DNA of 64,000 nt. Origin: an uncultured Alphaproteobacteria bacterium (GTDB lineage Bacteria > Pseudomonadota > Alphaproteobacteria > Micropepsales > Micropepsaceae). The stretch's first letter is position 1, and each line of letters starts with the position of its first letter. Under the pieces are notes generated by a model. It made no database searches. It saw nothing but the letters and a program-made list of their open reading frames with translations, and was not told the DNA's origin. Position numbers and translations under genes: made by a program. Shown piece after piece: positions 1-10,680 of this stretch. Location: assembly GCA_963805005.1 (NCBI GenBank), contig CAWDSJ010000001.1:357734-421733 (forward strand), in the 5' to 3' direction.

Positions 1-99
1 TCCTGTGTGGCGGACGGCAATCAAGTCTCTTTGGCACGCCCTCTCGCCCAAGAAAAGACGCTGCCGATCGCGCGGGTGGTTTCGGCCGGCGCTGCCGGT

Positions 100-1170
100 T
101 CAGCCGATCCTGCCGATCATCCGGGCCGCTTCCTCGAAATTCCGCTTTACAGTGCGCGAGAAAAACTCGCCCGTCTCGGCGCCGAGTATGCCCGCCGCGG
201 CCTGGGCCACCTTGTATTCGAGGATGCAGCCCACCTTGAACCTCGCCAGAAGCAGGTAATAGTCGAAATTTGAGACATCGCGTCCGGTGCCGGCGGCATA
301 GTAGCGCGCGAGCTCCTGGCGTGTCGGCGCATGGGCGGGATTGGCCAGCGGGTCTTCGAAGACCTGATCGGGCCAGCGTTCGTCGCGCAGAGAATTGCAG
401 AGCCAGGCCAGGTCGATCAGCGGGTCGCCGATGGTCGAAAGCTCCCAGTCGATCAGCGCCAGCGCGCGGGCCGGCGGATCGGGCGCGAACAGCGTGTTGG
501 TCGCCGCGACGTCGCCGTGAAGGATGCCGGCCTTGAAGTCCTTCGGCGTGTTGGCGCGCAGCCATTGTTCGGTGATGTCGTAACCGGGAAGTTCGCGGCC
601 GGGATAGTTGTAGAGCGTCTTGTAGGATTTCAGCTGCTTGGCCCAGCGGTCGACTTGGCGCTCGAGAAAATTCTCCGGCTTGCCGAAACCTTCCAGACCC
701 ACGGCCTCGTAGTCGACATTGCCCAGCGCCACGAGCGCATCCACGATGGCATAGGGAATGCCGTATTCGTAAGGCATTCTGTCGAACGGGGGCTTGTAGT
801 AGATTTTTCCGTCGCGGAATTCTCCCGCCCATCCCGCGACCCGTTCCATCACATAGAAGGGCGCGCCGATCACGCAAGCGTCGTCGCAGCTTCCGTAGCA
901 TTCCGGGTGGGGAACCGGTGTTCCGTTCAGCGCGGCGAGAACCTTGGCTTCGCGCAGTACGGTCTTCTCGCTTCCGGGCGGCGGCACGGCAGGCGGTCGG
1001 CGCAACACCATCGGCTTGCCGCCGCGGTCGAGGCTCAGCACGACGTTCGACGTACCGCCATGGATAACCTTGACGTCCAAGGGCCCATGGCCGAGCGCGG
1101 CAACATTGTCGTCGAGCCAAGCGGTCAGCCGCGGAACATCGACCAGTTCCTCCAGCGCGGGCGCCGTCAC
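100..1170 (-). CDS. Phosphotransferase (APH / ACAD10-11 N-terminal-like) family protein
   Basis: GGTSNVV, VLRRPP, FYVMERV, LHGD, LIDWELSTIGDPLIDLAW motifs. GTG start at 1170 overlaps the MarR stop (GTGA). Confidence 0.85.
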   Translation of the reverse strand: MTAPALEELVDVPRLTAWLDDNVAALGHGPLDVKVIHGGTSNVVLSLDRGGKPMVLRRPPAVPPPGSEKTVLREAKVLAALNGTPVPHPECYGSCDDACVIGAPFYVMERVAGWAGEFRDGKIYYKPPFDRMPYEYGIPYAIVDALVALGNVDYEAVGLEGFGKPENFLERQVDRWAKQLKSYKTLYNYPGRELPGYDITEQWLRANTPKDFKAGILHGDVAATNTLFAPDPPARALALIDWELSTIGDPLIDLAWLCNSLRDERWPDQVFEDPLANPAHAPTRQELARYYAAGTGRDVSNFDYYLLLARFKVGCILEYKVAQAAAGILGAETGEFFSRTVKRNFEEAARMIGRIG

Positions 1171-1667
1171 GTCTTCTTTCCCGCCTTGGCTTTGCGCGCC
1201 GGCGTCTTCTTCGTGCGCAGAACGTCTTCTATTTCTTCCCGGAAATCGCGCAATTGGCCGGCCATGCGCCGGCACGTCGCCGCATCGATACGGCGCAGCA
1301 ATGCGGATGTCGCGTCCTCCGCGCGCGCATCGGATTGACGTTTCAGGTTCCGTCCCTGCTGGGTGGGCAGCAGCAGCGGCGCGCGCTTATGCGAGGGGTT
1401 GGGGCGCGTCTCGATCAGTCCTGCCTCGATCAAGGCATTGGCCGCGCGCTGGATAACCTGGCGCGCATGACCCAGGTTGCGGCCGATCTGCGGTACGGTC
1501 GGAGGCATGCTCAATTCGATGACGGCGGTCAGCACCGTCGTTTCCATCGCCGAGAGACCGGCGGCGGCGTTGACGTTTGCGAAAATGCTTTTCAGCCGGC
1601 CATGCGTGCGGACGAGTTCGTCGATCAGCGCCACCATGGAATTGCGCGGACGAGGCCTGGTGAGCAT
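1167..1667 (-). CDS. MarR-family winged-helix regulator
   Basis: PTVPQIGRNLGHARQVIQRAANALIEAGLIETRPNPSHKRAPLLLPT is a typical MarR wHTH. Divergent from the catabolic operon. Confidence 0.85.
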   Translation of the reverse strand: MLTRPRPRNSMVALIDELVRTHGRLKSIFANVNAAAGLSAMETTVLTAVIELSMPPTVPQIGRNLGHARQVIQRAANALIEAGLIETRPNPSHKRAPLLLPTQQGRNLKRQSDARAEDATSALLRRIDAATCRRMAGQLRDFREEIEDVLRTKKTPARKAKAGKKT

Positions 1668-1695
1668 GGAACTTGAGTGTCATAATAGAATGGAT

Positions 1696-1723
1696 ATGTC
1701 AATATACGGGCCAAGTTTGACAT
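1696..1723. promoter_or_regulatory. Inverted repeat ATGTCAA-N14-TTGACAT in the divergent promoter (possible MarR operator or back-to-back -35 boxes)
   Basis: 7-bp inverted repeat seen directly between marR and the enoyl-CoA hydratase gene. Confidence 0.4.
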
Positions 1724-1883
1724 CGCAGCTTGGCGGGTTTCAGATTGGGTAACGTCTCGATCGCGGGCTGGGATAGTCTCTGCACACATCGCCAATTTGG
1801 CGAAAGGATTGCGATGAGGCTGAAGTTCGGCGCGTTCGCGGCCCAGGGCCCGCATCCCGCACCGAGCAAACAGGAGGACGCCG

Positions 1884-2669
1884 GTGAGCCATCAGTACTG
1901 CAAGGTCGAGATCAAGGATCACGTCATGGTCGTGACCGTCAACCGGCCGGAGCAAAGAAATGCGCTCAATCCGCCCGCCAACCACGAGCTGGGCGCGGTT
2001 TTCGACGCGTTCGAAAACGACAGCGACGTCTGGGTCGGCATTTTGACCGGCGAAGGCGACAAGGCTTTTTGTGCCGGCGCCGATCTCAAGCATGCGAACA
2101 GCGAAGGGCTGCGGAGCTTCGTGCCGGCGTCGGGCTTTGGCGGTCTCACTTCGCGGTTTGCGCGCAAGAAGCCGGTGATTGCAGCGGTGAACGGTTTTGC
2201 CGCCGGCGGCGGCTTCGAGCTGGCGCTGGCCTGCGACCTGATCGTCGCTTCCGATACGGCGAAGTTCGGATTGACCGAACCGAGGGTCGGCCTGGCTGCG
2301 CTGGGCGGCGGCATTCAACGCCTGATCCGGGAGATCGGATTGAAACGGGCGCACGCAATTCTGCTCACCGGCCGTATGGTTTCCGCCGAGGAGGGCTTGC
2401 GTCTGGGTTTCGTCAACGAGTTCGTACCGCCGGGCGATCTCATGGCGGCGGCAATGCGCTGGGCCGACGAGATCCTGAAATGCTCGCCCGCCTCGATCCG
2501 CGCGACCAAGGCGGTCGCCGATGCGCTCGACGGACAGACCGTGCAGGCGTCCATGGAGAGCATGCTCGCCCTGCCGGAGGTGCGCGGACTGTTCGCATCG
2601 CCGGATGCGAAGGAAGGGCCGCGCGCGTTCGCCGAGCGCCGCCCGCCGCGCTGGAGCAATCCTGCGTGA
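1884..2669 (+). CDS. Enoyl-CoA hydratase/isomerase (crotonase, CaiD-like)
   Basis: AFCAGADLK, KPVIAAVNGFAAGGGFELALACDLIVA, FGLTEPRVG, KEGPRAFAERRPPRW. Confidence 0.9.
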   Translation: MSHQYCKVEIKDHVMVVTVNRPEQRNALNPPANHELGAVFDAFENDSDVWVGILTGEGDKAFCAGADLKHANSEGLRSFVPASGFGGLTSRFARKKPVIAAVNGFAAGGGFELALACDLIVASDTAKFGLTEPRVGLAALGGGIQRLIREIGLKRAHAILLTGRMVSAEEGLRLGFVNEFVPPGDLMAAAMRWADEILKCSPASIRATKAVADALDGQTVQASMESMLALPEVRGLFASPDAKEGPRAFAERRPPRWSNPA

Positions 2670-2677
2670 TTCGCTTC

Positions 2678-2748
2678 TCACACAGAGACACGGAATATGG
2701 CGCTTCCCGCCCAACGATGTCTCGGTGTCTCTGTGCCTCTGTGTGAAA
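2678..2748. repeat. REP-like inverted repeat (CACACAGAG family)
   Basis: TCACACAGAGACACGG ... CTCTGTGCCTCTGTGTGA arms; same family at 51653, 57163 and 59415. Confidence 0.7.
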
Positions 2749-2783
2749 TTCTTTTCAATTTCTGAGCAGAGTTTTTAGCTGAG

Positions 2784-3569
2784 GTGGCCGTGTCGCAATC
2801 AGAAGCTCCGGTCCTGATTGAACGCCGCGGTGCGATCGCTATCGTGACGCTCAACCGGCCGGCACGCCGCAACGGCGTGACAGTCGCAATGTGCGAACAG
2901 CTTTTCCGGGAACTGCGCGCGCTCGCCGCCGAAGATGCCAGCGTGCTCGTGCTTCGCGGTGCAGGCAGCGATTTTTCCGTGGGCGCGGATCTCGACGGGT
3001 CTCGCGAGGTGCAGGACTTTCCGACGCTGGCGCAGCTCGGCCCCGTTTATCATGCGGCGACGCTGCTGCACACGATGCCCCAGGTCACGATTGCCGCAAT
3101 CGACGGCGGCTGCGCCGGCGCCGCGCTGGGCTGGGCGTGCGCGTGCGATTTTCGTTTCGCCTCGGATCGCGCGCGGTTCTCGACGGCGTTTCTCAAGCTC
3201 GGCATCTCCGGCGACATGGGCCTCGCCTGGTCGCTCTGCCGCATCGTGGGCGGGGCGCGGGCGCGCGAGCTACTTTTCTATCCCGACAAGATCACGGCGC
3301 AAAAGTCGCTCGAATTCGGTCTCGTCACCCGGCTTTTCGGCGCCGACGCCCTGCACGACGCGACGATGGCGCTTGCCGAAGAGCTGGCGGCGCGCAATCC
3401 TTTCGCGCTGCGCATGATGAAGGCCAATCTCGTTTCGGCGGAGACGCTGAACATCCCGGAGTTCATCGAGATCGAGGCCGCCCGCCATCTCCACACGATG
3501 ACGAGTTCGGTATTCGGCGGTGGTCGCGCCGCGGATGCGAGCAGTCCTGAAAAGCGCGAAGAGACGTGA
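2784..3569 (+). CDS. Enoyl-CoA hydratase/isomerase
   Basis: FSVGADL, VTIAAIDGGCAGAALGWACACDFRFA, FSTAFLKLGISGDMG. Confidence 0.88.
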   Translation: MAVSQSEAPVLIERRGAIAIVTLNRPARRNGVTVAMCEQLFRELRALAAEDASVLVLRGAGSDFSVGADLDGSREVQDFPTLAQLGPVYHAATLLHTMPQVTIAAIDGGCAGAALGWACACDFRFASDRARFSTAFLKLGISGDMGLAWSLCRIVGGARARELLFYPDKITAQKSLEFGLVTRLFGADALHDATMALAEELAARNPFALRMMKANLVSAETLNIPEFIEIEAARHLHTMTSSVFGGGRAADASSPEKREET

Positions 3570-5083
3570 CGCAATTCCGTCAAGGGAGGCTGTGCATGAC
3601 GATCGCCGAAACGCCCGCGCGCCCGATGGGCATGGGCTATGCCTTGAGCTGGCAAGCCGCGCGCAATCCGGACAGGCCGGCATTGACAATGGGCGAGAAG
3701 ACCTACTCGCGCCTGGCGCTGGATCGCGCCGCCAACCGTCTGGCGCGCGCCTTGGCGCAGTTGGGCGTGGGTAAGGACGATCGCGCCGCCGTCGTCCTGC
3801 CGACAGGACCGCGTCATCAGATCGCGAGTTTCGCGCTGTGGAAGCTCGGTGCGACCGTCATTCCCATGCCGCCGAAACTGGCCGATCTGGAGTTGCAGCA
3901 GATCGCCGAGAAAGGCGATCCCAAAATCGTGATCGGGGTCGATCCCGCGCGGCTTCCCGGACGCGCCGCGGTGCCGGCAGACTTCGAGCCTGATCCGGCA
4001 CTGTCGGACGAACCGATGCCGGAGGTTGTCTCTACGATCTGGAAAGCCGCCACCAGCGGCGGCAGCACCGGCGTTCCCAAGCTGATCTACGAAAGAAGAA
4101 GCTCGCTCGTCCATCCGCTGGAGCCGAACCCGATGCTGCGCATGCGCGCCGAGGACGTGATCCTTCATCCTGCGGGCGCCTATCACAATGCGAGCTTTTC
4201 GCAGACGAATTGGGCGCTGTGCTGGGGCAGCCACGTCGTTCTCATGCAGCGCTTCGATCCCTTGGAATGGCTAAAGATCGTGCAGCATTACGGCGTGCGC
4301 TGGGCCTATCTGGTGCCGACCATGATGAGCCGAATCCTCGCGCTGCCGGAGGAGGTGCGCAAAAGCTTTGACGTTTCCTCGATCGACATTGCGATCCACA
4401 TGGCTGCGCCCTGTCCGTCATGGGTGAAGGAAGCCTGGATCGAGTGGATCGGTCCCGAAAAGATCTGGGAGGTTTACGCGGGTACGGAAGGATACGGCGC
4501 CACCATGATCGGCGGCGTGGAGTGGCTCGCCCATCGCGGCTCGGTCGGCAAAGCCCCGCCGGGAACGGAGATCCGCGGCGAAGACGGCGCCATCCTTCCT
4601 GCCGGCGAGATCGGAGCGGTTCATTTCCGGCCCGGCGCCAATAACCTGTTCGGCCATCCCGACGTGCCGCTGAGTTACGGCGACATGGGCTGGCTCGATA
4701 CCGATGGGTATCTTTATCTCGCCGACCGGCGCACCGACATGATCCTGACGGGCGGCGTCAATCTCTATCCCGCCGAGATCGAAGCGGCAATCGAGCAATT
4801 CCCAGGCGTCGTTTCGGCCGCGGTCATCGGCTTGCCAGATTCCGATCTGGGCGCAAAAGCGCATGCTCTCATCGAGCTGGCGCCGGGTCGGAAATCTCCC
4901 GCACCTGTCGACTTGGGTGCGTTCCTCGCCACGCGGCTCTCACGGCACAAAATTCCGTACACGTGCGAGTTCGTGACCGACTCCCTGCGCGACGAAGCCG
5001 GTAAAATTCGGCGCCAGCGCCTGCGCGAGGAACGACAGGTTGGCTCCCGTCTGCCGCTGCGCGCGGCATTCGGAAGAGACTAA
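3566..5083 (+). CDS. AMP-binding acyl-CoA synthetase (start may be 3596)
   Basis: TSGGSTGVPK P-loop, YAGTEG, GDMGWLDTDGYLYLADRRTDMILTGGVNLYPAEIE, KIRR. Confidence 0.88.
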   Translation: MTQFRQGRLCMTIAETPARPMGMGYALSWQAARNPDRPALTMGEKTYSRLALDRAANRLARALAQLGVGKDDRAAVVLPTGPRHQIASFALWKLGATVIPMPPKLADLELQQIAEKGDPKIVIGVDPARLPGRAAVPADFEPDPALSDEPMPEVVSTIWKAATSGGSTGVPKLIYERRSSLVHPLEPNPMLRMRAEDVILHPAGAYHNASFSQTNWALCWGSHVVLMQRFDPLEWLKIVQHYGVRWAYLVPTMMSRILALPEEVRKSFDVSSIDIAIHMAAPCPSWVKEAWIEWIGPEKIWEVYAGTEGYGATMIGGVEWLAHRGSVGKAPPGTEIRGEDGAILPAGEIGAVHFRPGANNLFGHPDVPLSYGDMGWLDTDGYLYLADRRTDMILTGGVNLYPAEIEAAIEQFPGVVSAAVIGLPDSDLGAKAHALIELAPGRKSPAPVDLGAFLATRLSRHKIPYTCEFVTDSLRDEAGKIRRQRLREERQVGSRLPLRAAFGRD

Positions 5084-5109
5084 AACCCGAGAGCGACACA
5101 TTTGCACTG

Positions 5110-5197
5110 CTGGGAGCGCCCCCCGACTTCATCCTGTAGGCTTTGGAATCAAGGGTTGATCGGGGGCACTGCTCCCGGTGACGCCGGCGCTCCCAGT
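5110..5197. repeat. REP-like element (GGGAGCGC family)
   Basis: CTGGGAGCGCC ... GGCGCTCCCAG arms. 5182-5197 is identical to 10579-10594. Confidence 0.6.
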
Positions 5198-5284
5198 GGC
5201 GGGGCCGCCTCCCCGCGTTTTGCTTGCACGCCTGCTTCTTCTCTCGCCATAATGCCGCGAGAAGCAAGACTTGGGAGGAAACGC

Positions 5285-6136
5285 ATGAGCACACCGGCGC
5301 AGAAGCTGCGCGCTCTGCTGAACAGCGGCGAGCATTTCATTGCGGCGGAAGCCTACAGCGCGCTCACCGGGCGCATCGTCGAGCACGTCGGCTTCAAGGC
5401 GGCCTATCTGGGCGGTCATGCCTGCAGCGCGTTCCATTATGCGATGCCGGACATCGGCATTTTCTCGCAAGTCGAGCAGATCGAGCAGGCGGAGCGGATT
5501 GCGGCGGCGATCGATATCCCGCTGATCGTCGACGCCGACACGCTGGGCGAAACGGTGGCGGACGCTTTCCATTTCACGCGCCGCCACGTGCGGGCGGGAA
5601 TCGCCGGTTATCACGTGGAGGACGAGGTTAATCCCAAGCACTCGAGCTACGTCAACGGACTTTTGCCGATCGCCGACATGCAGGCGAAGCTCGAAGCATG
5701 CGTAAAGGCACGAGGCGACTCGGGCTTTGTCATCATTGCGCGCTGCGACGAGCTCTATCCCATCGCGCGCGGCGGCGGCGGTAGCGGTTCGGTAGAGGAA
5801 GCGATCAAGCGCGGCCAAGCCTATGTCGAAGCCGGCGCCGATGCGCTCGTGTTTCCTTTGGCGAGTCCCGAAGCCACCGCCCAGCTTCAGAAGGCGATCG
5901 ATATTCCGTTCTGTATCCTTGGCTACACCATTCCCGGGACGGCTTGCACGCTCAACACGGGCTGGGGATGGATGGGCGCGGCGCAGCTGCATTTGAAGGG
6001 CGCGCGCGAGCTGTTCGAGACCGGCACGCTCGCCATCAACACAACGATTGAAGGCAAGGATGCTCTCATCGAGCAGGATTTCTACGCCGAGTTGATTGCG
6101 GATTGGGCGAAGAAGACCGGTCGGCAAACGCGCTGA
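5285..6136 (+). CDS. Isocitrate lyase / PEP mutase family enzyme
   Basis: IDIPLIVDADT, GYHVEDEVNPKH, FVIIARCDE, AYVEAGADALVF. RBS GGAGG before ATG 5285. Confidence 0.85.
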   Translation: MSTPAQKLRALLNSGEHFIAAEAYSALTGRIVEHVGFKAAYLGGHACSAFHYAMPDIGIFSQVEQIEQAERIAAAIDIPLIVDADTLGETVADAFHFTRRHVRAGIAGYHVEDEVNPKHSSYVNGLLPIADMQAKLEACVKARGDSGFVIIARCDELYPIARGGGGSGSVEEAIKRGQAYVEAGADALVFPLASPEATAQLQKAIDIPFCILGYTIPGTACTLNTGWGWMGAAQLHLKGARELFETGTLAINTTIEGKDALIEQDFYAELIADWAKKTGRQTR

Positions 6137-6204
6137 ACGATGCAGGCCGGAAGTTCGCCGTCCAAGGTCGGGGCTATCGCGTATCGATTGGTGGTGCACA
6201 GGCG

Positions 6205-6357
6205 ATTTTTATCGCGCGGAGGCGCGCAGCGGCGTCCGTTGCTTAGGCGGCTCCGCCAAGACACCAAATTGCCAAGAACTCGTAGTTCCTCGGTGCTTTG
6301 CGGTTTGACTCGATTGCGCTTCGCGCAAAAAATCGGCGCGACTCCGCGTGAGAAAAT
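6205..6357. repeat. Degenerate nested REPIN-like element
   Basis: Outer CGCGGAG...CTCCGCGTGAGAA arms enclose inner CCGCCAAG...TTTGCGGTT arms. Inverted homolog of 61853-62057 (shared GATTGCGCTTCGC). Confidence 0.55.
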
Positions 6358-6704
6358 TGGCGGTATCGCCTCGATGCCCTATGCGATGCCCCCCACGCTC
6401 ACACTAGGCCGTCTACACATATCGAGTCGAGAAAACAATTCAATTTCAAAAGGTTGCAAAACAGCGGCGTAAGCGGGGCAAAAGTCCGGACAGACTGTCC
6501 AAATTCAGCCGTCGTAGCGTTCCCGATGCCGAGGAAAACGGTAGATTTCCGCCATTTCCAAACGTGGTTCTCGATCATGCTGCACCTGCGTGCCAGGACT
6601 TTTGCCCCTCTTACAAACGTCGTGGTTGCAGCCGGGAATGCTCAAGGAAGAGCACACAAGATACAGGCATCCTCACCAGGCACGATTTTGCTGGTCGGGC
6701 GGCC

Positions 6705-8021
6705 TCACGACCTCGGCGTGCCCGGCTCCCGGCCGATGCTGATATAGGTGAAACCGGCGTCCGCCATCTGCTTGGGACGGTAGATGTTCCGCAAATCCAC
6801 CATGAGCGGCTGCGACAGCAGGCTTTTCACCCGGGCAAGATCGAGCGCGCGGAATTCGTTCCATTCGGTCAGGATGACGATGCCGTCGGCGCCTTCCAGC
6901 GCCTGATAGGTGTCGGTGCAGAGTTCTACATCCAGCAGTTTTTTTGCTTCGCGGCCGCCTTCCGGATCGTACGCCCTGATGCGCGCGCCCTCGGCTTGCA
7001 GGAGCGGCAGGATGACGAGACTCGGCGCCTCGCGCATGTCGTCGGTGTTGGGTTTGAAGGTAAGACCGAGCACCGCAATCGTTTTGCCTCTTACCCCACC
7101 GAATGCATCGATGATCTTCCGGGCCATGCGCGCCTTGCGCGCTTCGTTGACGGAGACCACGGTTTCCACGATCCGGGTCGGCGCACCGGTGAACTCGGAG
7201 GTCTTCAGGAGCGCAAGCGTGTCCTTGGGGAAACACGACCCGCCGAAGCCCGGCCCCGCATGGAGGAATTTCGCCCCGATCCTCCCGTCGAGACCGACCC
7301 CGCGGGCTACGTCCTGAACGTCCGCGCCGACCTTTTCGCAAAGATCGGCCATCTCGTTGATGAACGTGATCTTCGTCGCGAGAAAGGCGTTGGCGGCGTA
7401 TTTGATGAGCTCGGCGCTTTCGCGCGAGGTGAAGAGGATCGGCGTTTCGTTGAGGTAGAGCGGTCGATAGACTTCTTTCATGACGTTGCGGGCGCGTTCG
7501 GTGTCGCAGCCCACGACGACGCGGTCGGGCCGGCGGAAATCCTCGATGGCAGAGCCTTCGCGCAGGAATTCCGGATTCGAGGCGACGTCGAACTCGATGT
7601 CGTTGCGCACTTTGCCGATGATGTTTTCCACTTTCCGGCTGGTGCCGACCGGGACCGTGGATTTCGTCACCACCACGGCATAGCCGTGCAGCGCGCCGGC
7701 GATTGCTTCGGCGGCGGCAAAGACGAAACTCAAGTCGGCATGTCCGTCGCCGCGCCGGCTGGGCGTTCCCACCGCAATGAACACCGCGTCGGCGCCGGGG
7801 ACCGCCTCCGACAGATCCTGGGTGAACGCAAGCCTGCCGGCCTTGACGTTCGCCGCCACGATCTCGTCGAGACCCGGCTCGAAGATGGGAATTTTACCGG
7901 CCTTCAGATCCGCCACTTTGGCCGCGTCCTTGTCGACGCAGACGACCTCGTGGCCGAACTCCGAAAAACAGGCTGCCGAGACCAGGCCGACATATCCCGT
8001 GCCGATCATGGCAATGCGCAT
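6705..8021 (-). CDS. ugd: UDP-glucose 6-dehydrogenase
   Basis: GTGYVGLV, VASNPEFLREG, GFGGSCFPKD, GLTFKPNTDDMREAPS. Confidence 0.95.
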   Translation of the reverse strand: MRIAMIGTGYVGLVSAACFSEFGHEVVCVDKDAAKVADLKAGKIPIFEPGLDEIVAANVKAGRLAFTQDLSEAVPGADAVFIAVGTPSRRGDGHADLSFVFAAAEAIAGALHGYAVVVTKSTVPVGTSRKVENIIGKVRNDIEFDVASNPEFLREGSAIEDFRRPDRVVVGCDTERARNVMKEVYRPLYLNETPILFTSRESAELIKYAANAFLATKITFINEMADLCEKVGADVQDVARGVGLDGRIGAKFLHAGPGFGGSCFPKDTLALLKTSEFTGAPTRIVETVVSVNEARKARMARKIIDAFGGVRGKTIAVLGLTFKPNTDDMREAPSLVILPLLQAEGARIRAYDPEGGREAKKLLDVELCTDTYQALEGADGIVILTEWNEFRALDLARVKSLLSQPLMVDLRNIYRPKQMADAGFTYISIGREPGTPRS

Positions 8022-8093
8022 GGTTCGTTTTCCTTATGGACCGCAATAAGGCAAATTGTCCCTCATTACTCGAGCCCGACCGACGCGAGCCGG

Positions 8094-9002
8094 CTATTCG
8101 CCGCCTTGGGACTGCGGCCTGCGAATCTTGAAGCTTTCCAGAATCCGATTGAGCGCGGGCGCGATGTCCGGCCGCTCGAGACCGACTGCGATATTGGCAT
8201 GAAGAAAACCTACTTTGTCGCCACAGTCATAGCGGGCGCAGCCGGTGAGCACGGCATGGAACGGGACACGCCCGATCAAGCGTTGCATGGAGTCGGTCAA
8301 TTGAATTTCGTCTCCTGCGCCGCGCTCCTGCCGGTCGAGTTCGGTGAAGATTTCCGGGGGAAGAATATAGCGGCCGATGACGCACAGCCGGGACGGCGCC
8401 TCGGCCGGTATGGGCTTTTCCACCACCGCCTTGACCTCGACGATATCGCCGTTGATTACGCCGGGCGCGATGACACCGTAACGCTTCGTCTCTTCGAGGG
8501 GTTTTTCTTCCGCGGCCACGATCATACCGCCGCCGACGGTCCGATACGCATCGATCATCCGCGCCATTCCGCCCGGTTTGCCGACCAGGAGGTCGTCGGG
8601 CAACAGCACCGCAAAGGGTTCGTTTCCCACGAAATGTCTCGCCGACCACACGGCGTGACCAAGTCCGAGCGGGCGCTGCTGCCGGGTAAAGCTTACCGAT
8701 CCCGTCGGCGGCAGACTCTCGATGAGACTGTTCAGCTCGATCGTTTTTTCCCGGGCGGAAAGAAGCGATTCCAGCTCGTAGGCATGGTCGAAATGATCTT
8801 CGATGATGTATTTGCCCCGGCCCGTCACGAAAATGAATTGTTCGATGCCGGCTTCCTTGGCTTCTTCGACGGCGTATTGGACGACGGGCTTGTCCACGAC
8901 CGGCAGCATTTCCTTGGGAACGGCCTTCGTCGCCGGCAGGAAACGCGTGCCCATGCCGGCAACGGGAAGGACGGCCTTACGAACGGGAGGTGGCTGGGGC
9001 AT
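8094..9002 (-). CDS. galU: UTP--glucose-1-phosphate uridylyltransferase
   Basis: KAVLPVAGMGTRFLPATKAVPKEMLPVVDKP, LGLGHAV, VEKP, EIQLTD, YDCGDK. Confidence 0.95.
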   Translation of the reverse strand: MPQPPPVRKAVLPVAGMGTRFLPATKAVPKEMLPVVDKPVVQYAVEEAKEAGIEQFIFVTGRGKYIIEDHFDHAYELESLLSAREKTIELNSLIESLPPTGSVSFTRQQRPLGLGHAVWSARHFVGNEPFAVLLPDDLLVGKPGGMARMIDAYRTVGGGMIVAAEEKPLEETKRYGVIAPGVINGDIVEVKAVVEKPIPAEAPSRLCVIGRYILPPEIFTELDRQERGAGDEIQLTDSMQRLIGRVPFHAVLTGCARYDCGDKVGFLHANIAVGLERPDIAPALNRILESFKIRRPQSQGGE

Positions 9003-9269
9003 AGTCTCTCGCGGTATCTGAACGAGCCTTCATGGCACAGAGGCGCGGCAATCGTCCACCCGCACGTCGCAACCGCGACAAAAGCCGCAGATACAATCGC
9101 GGTTGGTGTTCCGGGCCAACGGCGCTCGCCACGCAAAATCTGGACTGACGGCCCGGCGACCCCGGCGACGGGCCTTCACCGGGCGGGGGGCGGCGGTGGC
9201 CCATTCATGGGAGCGCCGGTATCTTGCCGGCACCAGCGGGCGGAAGCATTCAGGCCGGCCGGAAGCGCT

Positions 9270-10451
<1,182 letters not shown>

Positions 10452-10484
10452 TCATGCGTTCACAGGCGAAGCGCAGTCTATCTC

Positions 10485-10630
10485 ACCGCCAAGACGCCAA
10501 GGCGCTGCGCGCATGACACTGGGAGCGCCGGCTTCCAGCCGGCATGCGATGGTGCGTCACGACTAATGCCGGCAAGATGCCGGCGCTCCCAGTGCGACGA
10601 AAGTCCTTGGCGCCTTGGCGTCTTGGCGGT
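10485..10630. repeat. Nested REP elements: ACCGCCAAG-family arms enclosing a GGGAGCGC-family doublet
   Basis: Perfect 21-bp IR 10485-10505 / 10610-10630 and perfect 16-bp IR 10517-10532 / 10579-10594. Confidence 0.85.
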
Positions 10631-10680
10631 TCTTTTCCGACAAAATGAGTTTGCGTTGCGCGCGGCTGCAACGGCACTCG

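Noticed and set aside
6360-6700. Possible ncRNA in the gap after ugd
   Set aside because: Only a short palindrome (GGACAGACTGTCC) and an AT-rich patch; no supporting structure, terminator or second copy.
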